Positions 1-11,317 of a stretch of 64,000 nucleotides of DNA are shown piece by piece (position 1 is the stretch's first letter; every line of letters starts with the position of its first letter). The notes under the pieces are model-generated. The model was given only the letters and a program-made list of their open reading frames with translations, was not told the DNA's origin and searched no databases. The stretch is taken from assembly GCF_009914755.1 (NCBI RefSeq), contig NC_060936.1. One strand, written 5' to 3'. The stretch comes from the human T2T-CHM13v2.0 reference genome, Homo sapiens. The position numbers and the translations under genes are program-made.

Positions 1-444
1 ACTGGGAGGTGGGCAGAGACTGGATTTGGGCAGACTGGATTGAATGAAAACTTGCCTAAGATTAGATCTACCTTCAACTTCCCATAGGGACCATTAAAAT
101 TCCTATTGATTTAAGCCTGTTTCACCAGTGATATACCTGAAAAGCATATTCATAGGTGTTAGTGGAAAATCCAATGGTCAAGGGCAAGATCAGAGACCCT
201 TGTGCTCTGAGGACAAGTGCTTCTAGAGCAACTAAAGAAACAGACGATGTGAGCCTGGCTTTCCCACACGACAAGTCACACTGGTGCTGCCTCCCATTGG
301 ACACGGAGGTGGAGACCTGCGCTCTTAGAGAGATGTGAGCTTTAGACCCTGCTTTGAGAAGACCTAGATGCTACTGGAAAGGCCTCGAGCTGGTCCAGAC
401 CCTCTGTGCTGTGGAACTATGTCGCTGGGGTCTGCAGACCCAAG

Positions 445-461
445 TCCAGCACCATGGACAG
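445..461 (+). promoter_or_regulatory. Candidate RE1/NRSE (REST binding site)
   Basis: TCCAGCACCATGGACAG matches the canonical TTCAGCACCAYGGACAG at 16/17 positions, with the correct 2-nt spacer. Confidence 0.6.
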
Positions 462-2285
462 ACAGTCTAGCATGTCAGCCATGCAGAGGGGCCCCCAGGC
501 AGTGCATAGCCTGGCAGCAAATCTGCCTGCAATGTGATTTTAGTATGAGAGTCAGACTCTTTATAGGCCCAGATGCGAAAAATCCTGAAACATCTAGGCT
601 AATATAAATTGACACTTATGAGTAAATTTATTCATCAATTCTTGTGTCTGGTTCCTCATTTTTTATCTTTTCTTGGTTGACGACAGTGGAACCCTGAAGT
701 TGTTGTTCCTGGAACTGGAATACCCTTCTATTTAAACCATAGATTGGTACAGTTGTTTAACTCAGCCACCCAGGTTGGGAAAACCAATTGGTGTTCTCTC
801 GTTCATGGTCTCAGACCACAAATCTGAACCTATGTGGCTGTCTTACGAAAGGCTGGCCTTGGGCACCAAGCATGGCAGACATGCCCAGGGTCATCACTGC
901 TGCCAACACAACTGAAAACACAGCTTTTACATCAAATATTATTGGGGATGGTCTAAGAAAGCCCTATGTTGGTCCCACAATACCTTCTCTTAGGTTTTTG
1001 TTATTGGTGTAATTAACTATTCTGATTTATATATATGAGGTAGGATCTTTGGTCAAGTGCTTTATTGGGACTATCTTTTAACCAGGGTACAAATGGGTTG
1101 AATAAATTATTCCCCTCTGCTCTTATTCTCTTCATTTGCCCTTCTTGGGTAAATAGTGGAGAGTTTTCCATTTCTTGGCTTCAGTGACCCCAGTGCTGAT
1201 GGCCTTCAATCAGGACTCTAAGTTGGACGTCTCCAGAAGTCCAGCTTAGTGTGTCAAGGAGTTGGGTGAAAATGACCTCTTGGATTTCTTAACATCGTTT
1301 TAAATGTAACATGATTGAAATCAAATTCATCATATGTAGCATAAAATTAGACTCTCTCAGCATATTCCCTCTCCCTATCAATGTAACCACATCCCAGTCC
1401 TCTGACTTCAGTCCAAGCTTTGGAGATAATCCTAGCTCAGCCACTCTCCTATGTCTACTGTCACCAACTCTGCAATATTTCATGTGAAATAGCTCATCTT
1501 CTCCTCTCCTCTTAATTCCTCCCGCCACCCTGGTTTATGCCCAGCACAGTTCATGTCTAAATGATGCAGCAGCCCAGCTGCGCTCCCTGGGTCCTACCAA
1601 CTCTAGCCCATTGTCCTCACTGAGAACAGATCAATTTCTCTAAACCTTCCCTTTATCCTATCATTCCCTGACACTAAAAAAGTCCAGTGTCTTCCTATTG
1701 CATCACATTCTAATTCCCGTTAGATTTCAGGACTTCCCATTATGTACTTTATCCCATCTCTTCAAATTCAACAACCTTTTGGCTTATGCTGGTGTAGGAG
1801 TTTCTACATTTACTGTATTTCCTTTATTAATCCCTTTACTGTGTCTCCTTGCTAACCATATCACCTAGCACCAAGTCTTTATCCAACAGCCCACATTTGT
1901 CCCCACCCCATGACTTTGCCCATGACGACTCCCCACCTAGAATGTTTTTCTTTTCTCTCTTACAACACCTAGCTGCCCCTCCAGGAGGCCCACCCTTTCC
2001 ATTCTAGTCCCTCAAGTAATCTCCCTCTCCTCTGAGCACCCACAATGCTCATGGTCCATACATAAGCTCACCAAATAACCTGCTATTTCCTATCTGTTCT
2101 GCTTATTTTCTTCTCAACCAGACCATAGCCCCCTTGATGGTGAGGACAAGGCTCTTTGTCTGCTCCATAGTGTCTAGAAAAAGGCAGTCCATAAATATTT
2201 TTTGAGTCATCAAAGCTGATTTATAACAATTGATTTATAACAACTGCAGAGAGAGCAGGAGACAGAGGGAAAGGAGAATGATGTA

Positions 2286-2624
2286 CAGTCGTGTGTTGCT
2301 TAACGATGGGGATATGTTCTGAGACATGCATCATTAGGTGACTTTGCAAACATCACAGAACGTGCTTATACAAATCTAGATGCTATATAGCCTACGTCAC
2401 ACCTAGGCTATAAAGTATAGTCTATTGCTCCCAGGCTACAAACTTGTACGGCATATTACTGTACTGAATACTGTAGGCAGTAATATAGTGGTAAGTATTT
2501 GTGTACCTAAATATATCTAAATACAGAAGATGTATGGTAAAAATATGGTATTATAATCTTACGGGACAATCGCCATATATGTGGTCTGCTGTTGTCCAAA
2601 ACATCATCATGTTGTGCAGGGTTG
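2286..2624. mobile_element. Tigger3/MER7A-like TcMar DNA transposon MITE
   Basis: Begins TA|cagtc..gcttaacgatggggata..ttctgag; contains acacctaggctata..tattgctcc.aggctacaaac; flanked by TA. Confidence 0.75.
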
Positions 2625-2703
2625 TAATTCTAGGTCGTCCCCGTAATTATTTGGATCTATTGCTTCTGGTCCTCTGCTGCCCTTCTCCTGAAGATTACTT
2701 TAC

Positions 2704-2885
2704 CTGCAGAACTGAACCTCCTGGTCAAACTGTGAGTTTTCTGGCTGCGTCCCCTCCTTCAGCTGGCTGACGTTGAAAAAGGAGAGGGTGTGGTTGACAA
2801 AGCCGTGCAGAGTCCCATTGTGACTGTAGGAGTACTGGTACACCAGGCGGGGGATAAAGTCGGAGGTGATCGCAATGACAAAAGC
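2704..2885 (-). CDS. ANO2: ANO2 coding exon (182 nt; end of TM9 plus extracellular loop): [18 protein letters not shown]...QFDQEVQFC(R)
   Basis: Translated by hand. Acceptor ccctcag|GCT and donor AG|gtaaag. Contains the [10 protein letters not shown] motif and N-glycosylation sequons NGT, NHT and NVS. Confidence 0.96.
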
Positions 2886-3734
2886 CTGAGGGACAGAACC
2901 ATAAGCACTGAGTAGCCAGGATTGATGCTAAAAAGGACTGTCCACTCTTAGGCTCCCCATCAGAAGGAGCTGCTCTGACTGATACAGAAGCTCATGCAGC
3001 ATGATCAGGTCCCTGAGCTCATGCAGCTGAGTCACATGCCTTTTCCATCTTTGATGTGTATAAGTATAATAAGTCCACCAGACAGTGGCTGTCAAAAGAG
3101 CACATGTCAACCACTGCAGCAAAGCATGCTAAGTCAATTTGGACCATTTGGTGCTGGAAGGATTAAACCACTTCTGAGATATCTAACATTGCTGTTGAGC
3201 AAGCCAAAACAGGGTGCACGCTTTCCTGAAAAAAATTACCTATAGTGATGAGGGTACTACGTAAGTGTAATGGGCAAGGAAATGGAATGCCCATGTACAT
3301 CTGCCCCTGAGTAGTACCAGAAAGCCAGAAATACCAAGAATATGATTCCACAGTTTGCTTAATTTGACCATTATCTCTCAACACTTTTTAGCATGTCATG
3401 TAATAGAAGTTATTCTTGTATCCATTTTACTTAAGAAAACGGAGACACAGTGGAGAAAGAAACAGGTCCTGCTAGGTGGAGCCACACACACCCAACACAG
3501 CATCTGGCATGTCTAAGTGCTCTATAAATGTCCATGGAGCAAACCAAATGACAAATGAATGATTGCGTATTTGAACACAGGGGTACTTTCTGCAAAGAAA
3601 GTCTTAAATCTTTTTGGCAGGTGTTTATACTGCATCCTGCACCAACAATTAAAGCCCTTTACCAAAATGTAGTTCAGATATTGTTCTCTAAATGTGTATG
3701 TGAATGTGAACGGCCAGAACCATATTTGAGAGTG

Positions 3735-3990
3735 AATAACATCATAATCATAGCTACAACTTACTGGGCACTTGTTATATGTCCTTTCATCATGCCATTT
3801 AATTTCCCAAATGATCTTATTTGGTGGGTACTATTATTATCTCCCATTTGACAGATAAGTAAACAAGTCTTAAAGAGGCCAGGGAAGTAAGACTGCACGT
3901 CATTTCGTACTGTAGATGGAAAGTGATTAATACTCAGGGCCTCTGTTCTAACAGACACAACTTCAAAGTAGCGGACTGATCTGTTTTCCA
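3735..3990 (-). mobile_element. MIR SINE
   Basis: atagctacaacttactgggcactt..ggtactattattatctcccatttgacagataagtaaac MIR core. Confidence 0.65.
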
Positions 3991-4824
3991 ACTTGCACCT
4001 TATTTCTAAGCCTCGAGATGTGCACTTCCTACATCACAACATTCAAAATGCAGTGGGCTGATTTGCTCTGCCTCACCTCACACCTTCCAGCCATTTTATG
4101 TGATCTGGGTAGGAAATCAGGTCAGAGTCAAATCACTGTTTGCCTCCCAAGGGAAAAGGGCTGTGGCTTTCTTTGTGTGCACTGAGCTGGCTGATATGTT
4201 CCTGGGAGGTGGGACAGGAGGCCCTTCCTGGCCACTGTCCTTAGAGAATACAGCAGAAAAGGAGCTGGCTGGGGCCCAGCAGGATTTCCTCTGCAGTGTA
4301 GACATATCTGGCAAGGGAGTTAAGGAGGTCACCACAGGTGGGACCCTTCTTCTATGTCCTATCTTAACCTACGCAGTGCCAGAGTCCACGGGGATAATTA
4401 AGATTTTGCACTGACAACCTGGAGGAACGGTAATTAGGGATTGTAGCCTGGGCAATGCTCCAGGTATTGTTTAACTCAGGAGTAGAGTAAGAAAGGAAAG
4501 AGATGAATAGATATGTGGAATTCTTTCCTCATTATTCTTGGCTCCAAGGAAAGATCTGATTTTGACCGTCAGGGCCAAGGTATGCATTCTGATGGATAAT
4601 TACCTTTCTTTCTCTTTGTGAAATTAAAATTAAACCTACACAGCCTCAGCGACAGCATGATGGGTTACAAGGCATTTGTGAGCTGTTAACCAGAGCACTG
4701 TCACCAATAAAGCTACAAATGGAAAAGGCTGGGAGGTGCAAGGGCTGGCTTCCCACTTTGAAGACCTCAGCTTCTCTGGAAGCCCTTCCCACAGAGCGAG
4801 TGTGTCATGAATGCAAGTACTTAC

Positions 4825-4877
4825 GTTGCTGATAACAGAGAACTTGCCAATTCCAGAGAGAATGTCAAACCAGATTC
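4825..4877 (-). CDS. ANO2: ANO2 coding exon (53 nt): (G)IWFDILSGIGKFSVISN
   Basis: Translated by hand. Acceptor ttgtag|GA and donor AAC|gtaagt. Completes the conserved DIGIW motif across the junction. Confidence 0.95.
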
Positions 4878-5235
4878 CTACAAGACAGAAAAGACAGCGT
4901 CTGGCTCACTCCCGCCCTCGGCCCAGTGATGACAACGCTGAAGCTCCAGGTGATGTTTTGCAGGTGAACTACGGAGCAGCTTTGCTGGGCCCCCCCAGAA
5001 TGGGCTTGTCTGGAAAGGCTTAGGTAGCCCCCCCATCTGGAAGCTCAGATCACAAGTGGGGGTGGATAAAGCGGTCTCAGAAGGCGTCCCTGCACTTCAG
5101 GATATGAGGATGAGGGACCCAAAGGGAAGAGGGGCTTTCCCAGCCCTCTTGATTCCTGGTGTGGTGTGACTGTGGCCAGAGGGGACAGAATGGCAGAAGG
5201 ATGGGCCTGGTGGGGCCTCTAAGTGGGGCACGTAC

Positions 5236-5388
5236 CGATATCTTTGGTTCTTACAGCATCCGGCCGTCTCAGCTCTGTAACAAACTTCTTTGCATCGAGC
5301 CGCACTTCAATGACGTTGTTGAGGAGGGCAAACACAGGTGCCAGGGGAAAGGAGGCCACGAAGAGGGTGACAAAACCAAACTGGATGA
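5236..5388 (-). CDS. ANO2: ANO2 coding exon (153 nt; about TM7-TM8): [50 protein letters not shown]
   Basis: Acceptor ctcgcag|TC and donor G|gtacgt. Contains the hallmark FPLAP..ALLNN..E.RLDA.K..RRP motif. Confidence 0.97.
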
Positions 5389-5696
5389 CTGCGAGAGAGC
5401 ACAGCATGAGGGCTTCAGCAGGAACAAGCAGGACTCAGGTCCCTTCTGGCTTGCAGCTACAGCCCCTTGTCCTTTCTGCCTTGGGTATCTTTCCCATATG
5501 GGGTAATTTTTAGTCTCCCTTTTCCTCCTGTGTCACATACACGGTATTTCTTTCTAAGTACCTGCAGGCCTGTTGGTCAATGCCATCACTTGGGAGCAAA
5601 GCTCTGGATTAGGCATGGTGGGGAGATACAAGAAAAAAAAGTCTTAATTGCTTCCTTTACCCTTTACTGCCAGTCACTAATCCTACTGATCTAACT

Positions 5697-5927
5697 CAGG
5701 GTTTGGTAAACTTTTTTAGTAAAAGGCCAGATCATAATAAACATTTTTGGATTTGCAGGCCATATGGTTTTGTCACAACGACTCAACTCTGCCATTATAC
5801 AGTAAAAACAGCTATAGACAGCACATCAACAAGTGGGCTTGGCTGAGTTCCAATAAAACTTTATTTACAAAAGCAATATATAAAGTGACTAGGTTTGGCC
5901 CACGGGCCACAGTTTGCCTTCCCTTGA
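5697..5927. mobile_element. MER58A-like hAT-Charlie MITE
   Basis: cagggtttggtaaact..aaggccaga..actcaactctgcc..ccaataaaactttatttacaaaa..tttggcc..cagtttgcc. Confidence 0.8.
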
Positions 5928-8900
5928 AATAGCTTTAAAAACCACCTCCCAGATTTGGACTCTTCTTTCCATGTCTACAGTCACTGCCTTTGTTTAGAAA
6001 GTTTATTCATCCATCACGCATTTATGGAGAGCATTTATAAATGTCAGGCCCTGTACCAAGTATTTAAGAAGGCAAAGGTCTGTTCTTGCCTGCAAGAAGC
6101 TGGGTTTGAAAGTGGAGAGTTAAGTGTAGGCAAACATGTGCAACAAGGTTTTATGTATGCCAAGAGAGAATAAAGAATGTACTAGTGATAGAGGAGGCCC
6201 AAATGGAGAGGAACGTACATTGTTCAGGGCAGGGACTGAATGGGTCTCCATGTAGAGTCCCTCAGCACAGTCTGGAAAGATGGGCATGCAGTTTTCTTGA
6301 GGATTAAGTCAAAGAGACCTTCTAAGCTATGGAAGCAGTGTGAGCAAAAGCATGGTGGCACAGCCCATGCCCATGAGACAGCTGGAAAGAGTCCAGCCCT
6401 ACCTGGACCATTGCAACAGCCTCCTGACGGGGTTTCTTGTCACCATTCTCCCAGGATGCTAGAGTCTATCCAGCACACAGCCCCTCTCACCTGATTCTGT
6501 TATCTACCTGCTTATAAAAATTCCTGTTGGCTCCACTCTGTTCACTGAATATAATCCAAAGTCCCTACCGGTGCATACAGGTGCTTTATAATCTGCCTCC
6601 AATCTGCCTCCCTAGCTTCATCTCCTAGCATCTCCCCAGCAACGACCATGGTCCTGCCTTCTCACCCTCCTAATTGTCCCCTGCCACATTAGTTCTTTCC
6701 ACTCATTTGTGCATAAGCATACACTCTGGCTGGCAAGCTTCTATGCATCCCTGGGATCACTCAAATGCCACCTCCTTGGTGAAGCCCCATCCCTCCTCCT
6801 CTGGACCCCACCACCCTGTGTTCAGGCTTCTGTTGCAGCCATCACTGTGTGCTTCTGTGATTGACTTGCTCACACATCTTTATTTCCCACTGAGAAGGCA
6901 AGGCCTCCGTCCCTTCTAGGGGTTCAGTACATATTTGCTGATGGAAACACAACCCAGAGTCCAGGAAAGTTACAATGTAGTAGGACTCCCCTACATACTA
7001 AGGGCAAATTATTAAACTTTCTGTGCTTCAGGTACTTCAACTGTAAATTGAAGATAATAGTAATACCCACCCAATAGGGTTCCCAGAAGGGTAAATGATA
7101 TTACATACAAAATATGTACAATGTACATACAATGTACAATATGTACAATGTTGGATACATAATAACTGTTTAATAAATGGTATCTTTTATGTGTAATTTT
7201 ATTCTTATTGGAATAAATATCAACATGTACAGATGACTGCAATGTATACTGTATACTTATATGCTAAACAGACACAAACTTAAGGTTTAAGCACTGAATG
7301 AGAGAGACCCGACTTCTAGACCTGGATATGCTTCTAACTAGAGGTATGATTTTGGCCAAGCCTGTTTGTTTCAATGGGCATCAGCAACCTCATTGATAAA
7401 TTGAAGGGACCGGTTTAAATTGCCTCCAACTCTGATTTGCTGTGATGCTATGGTTCGCATTGTCTTAGACAAGCTTCGTGAGTCTAGAATATTCAAATGA
7501 AGAATGAAAAAACTGACACAAATGGGAAAAAAATTCTGTTTCTACAGAGGGATAAGAGCAACCACAATAGAAGTTTCAGGAAAGGGAACAGGCATGGAAC
7601 TTTCCCCAGCCCAACTGCTTTTGATTTGGCAGTTTGCTCAGCCCACAGTTGTGGGTCACTGTTCTTGCTGATTCAACCCTGTCCACTGCCATTGTCCTTG
7701 GTGCCCAGTAGGTTCCTGCAGGCCCTAGGAGGCCGGCAAGTGCTGGTCGGTAGCAAGACACCTGCACCGAAATACACAGATTTGTCAAGGTTGGGACCTT
7801 AGAGTGATCACCTGACTAGCTGGCTGGCCAACAACGATTGGAGGGTGGTGGAGAAATCCCCAAAAACAAGCTCTGGAAGCCAGTTCAAAATGCAGGATCT
7901 CTCTCATCTTTTAAATAAAGCTTTGCTGAGGAATTCACTTTGGAGTCAGGAATGGGGATAAGGCCAGGAGGGTGTGGGGATGAATGGAATTAACAAGGAA
8001 ACGAAAACAGATGTTAGACTAGCATTCTAAAACCTGTAAAATGCATGTCTGTGTTTAAGTGTATGGATGGATGTATATTTATGGAGTTATAAGCTGGTCT
8101 TCTTGATTCTAATGAGCTCAGTTCAGCAGGGCAAATGTTCTTATCATGAGTGACTTCCTCCAGCAGAAATGTGCAAACTCCCCAGAGCCTCCGCAAGGGT
8201 TTGGCAAGGAGACTGATGGGGAGGGAGAAGGGCAGTTTACTTCTGAGGGATTGCAAATGTACACAGCATGCCCTCACCACATTCGTGCACATGGTACTCT
8301 GAAATCTAACTTCCTTCCAGGGTTATAGGGAAAATGGGACTCTCCACTTCCTCTTCTCTCTTCATTTGAACTCCAGAGGCAGACATGAATGCTGTCTTCT
8401 AGGGCTTCCCTGCTGGTTTGCTTCTTTACCTTCACAAACTCTCCAGACATGGACTCTCTGGTGTCCCTCTTCTGTCAACGCAAACATCTTCCAGTGCTGG
8501 CTTGATGCTCTCTAATAGCTCCTGTTAATCACCCCAGTCCCATAACAAAATGTCCCTCCTCCTTCCCCTCGCCATGTAAGTCTCTATGTTCAGCACTGGA
8601 TGGCCTCAAGAGACTGGGCTCAGCAATGCTGGACCTGAAGTGACAAGATCCTCCTGTCCCCTCCTCTGGTGTTACTCCATGGTATCCTGAGCCAAGAACA
8701 GGCCCTCTCTGCAGACGCCCCATTGCTGCAGATGTCGCCTGCTCAGACTGGGTAATCTGAGCATTGCCAGGATTCAACCCAAAGAGGCAGAAACAAATAG
8801 GAAGTTTTGTTTTATTTGGGGGAGAATAAAACATAAAACCATAACTCTCTAGCATGCAAATTCCAAATCCAAGACTCGCTCTTTTCAGTCAAAGGTCTAA

Positions 8901-10241
8901 AATGCTGGGAGTCCTTCTGGGCTCACTTCAGAGGATACAATGATACCGGCTTTTGCCAACACCAAGATTTGTTTCTAAAAGCAGCAAGCCTCCATTAGAA
9001 TAAGAGCAACACCGGAAATCCTCCGTGCGCTGCATAATAGAAGCCAGCTCGGCCTGACCAATAACAGATTAAGCCTGGCCAAGCCAATTAGGGAGGAAAC
9101 TTTGAGTTGATTTTCAACCAAATCTTTATAAAGCCTGCTGTAAAATGCTCCAGTAATGCTGAGCTCAAAGGCTGGAAACTCCTCCATGCAAACCCCATTG
9201 GTTTTCTCTTCTCACCCTTCAGCAGCCAAGGATCTTCTAGAATAACCATCAGCCCTACACTGCCTGAAGCTGGAGACATTTCTGCATCAGTGATTTCCTG
9301 AGTTTAGGTTAAAATAACAAGGAAGAGTGGGTTAAACTAACCAAGACAATATTCAACAAGGATGTTTCAAGACAATCTGTTTAGAGAACACAAACAGTAT
9401 AGTAGATAAAATAGAATGGACTTGCCAGGATTGGTGGAGAAGATTTTGATGGAATACAATTCTGATTTTTTACTCATTTATTTAAGATTTTTCAGTGAAC
9501 ATATCCAGAACCATTTCCTCCCCACCCATGTTCTGTGCTAAGGGCAAATATTTAGCAAGTATGTTGGAGATCAACTCCGCCTGCCTTCCAACCATTCCAA
9601 GACCATTTGTACTTCCCCAAACTCACCATGATTTCTACATTTCTGAGCCTTGGTACATGCCACTACTGTCTGTAATTTTCCTTTTCTTCTGGTCGGCTGA
9701 GTAGGATGCTATTCATCTCTCAGGCTCAACTCAAACTTCGCCTTCTGTATGAAGACTCCCCTCCACCTCCATTTCCCACCAGCACTGCAGGTGGAACTCG
9801 GTGCCTTGGGCATCTCTCATCCTCACTCCCATAATGCCTTGACACGCCTCTCTGTTTATTTGACCTGCTCCCTAGATGGAAAGCCCCTTGAGACCAGGGG
9901 CCTTATTTGATTCTTTTCCAAGTCCTCACTCACCATCTTTTGTGGTGCCTATCACATAGCAGATGCTCAAAGATTATCTGTTTCATAAATCTGACCTTAT
10001 TTTCACCAGTTGTGAAACACACACACACATACAAGGTCAAAAATGAAAATGTGTGACCTGAGAGCACTGCACTTGCTGATGGTGAAAAGAGAGGTAGACA
10101 TGAAGTATGAACACCTCTACATCGCAATTCTCATTGCTGCAATCGGCACAGAAGACTTCGAAGAAAGTTGTAGTAAAAACAGTTGGTTAGGAGAGTCCAA
10201 TTCTAATGAAAATGATTATAGCTTTTAAAAAAATGCTTTCT

Positions 10242-10549
<308 letters not shown>

Positions 10550-10627
10550 TGCTTTCTATTGTTTAATAAAAGCAACACAGTCTGCTTAAAGAAGTTGAAT
10601 ATTGGGGGCTTAAGAATTCTCCTTTTT

Positions 10628-11317
10628 GAGTGTTGGCAAAGCAGGACTACCAGATCGGTTGTAAATATCAGAGGTGGAGGAGACACTGAAGTGACTTCAG
10701 AGCCAGAGGGGAGTGCAGAATATCATCATGGTGAACAAAGATGGCATTCCCATCAAGAGCACCATGGTCAACCTCACCACCACAGAGTGTGCCAGCTTCC
10801 TGCACAGCTTCATCCTGAAGGCACGGAGCACCATGCATGAAAGTGACCCCCAGAATGATCTCACCTTCCTTCGAATTTGCTCCAAGTAAAATGGAATTAT
10901 GGTTGCACCAGATAAAGACTATTTCCCGATTGTGATTCAGAATCCAAACAAATAAGCCATTCTCTTGGCTCCCTGTGTCATTCCTTAATTTAATGAACAC
11001 CCCCCCCCCCGCCGCCGCAAGAATATTAATGTTGATCATGTCAACAGACTGGCACATGGCAGTTGCCTTAGAGCCCACTCGAACCAATCCAGTGACCATG
11101 TGAGGGCTGGCGGCTCTGCCTACCCCGCCAAAGGGACTCCTGTGTGCACCAACCTTCCCCAGAGCTCCCGGAGGGCCCTTTCTCCTCACTAACAGGTTTT
11201 GGAGCAAGAGCTTGTGAGAAACTCACACCCAGCTTCCTTCTGACATTCAGTTCACTTTGTGGCCCTTGGAGAAGGCTGTTTTTCTTTAATTAAAAATAAC
11301 TGAAATGCTTAAAAAAA
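10628..11317 (+). pseudogene. Processed pseudogene of dynein light chain roadblock-type 1 (DYNLRB1)
   Basis: 10665-10955 reads [32 protein letters not shown]...[34 protein letters not shown] (96 codons plus stop, colinear with recalled DYNLRB1). The ATG is mutated to ATA and there are two in-frame stops. It is intronless, has a 3' UTR with ATTAAA (~11289) and an A7 tail (11311-11317), and has a 16-bp TSD (10612-10627 vs 11316-11331, 14/16 identical). Confidence 0.92.

Noticed and set aside
10668-11207. 179-aa ORF on the - strand
   Set aside because: It starts at TTG and is the antisense shadow of the DYNLRB1 retrocopy; no recognisable protein.
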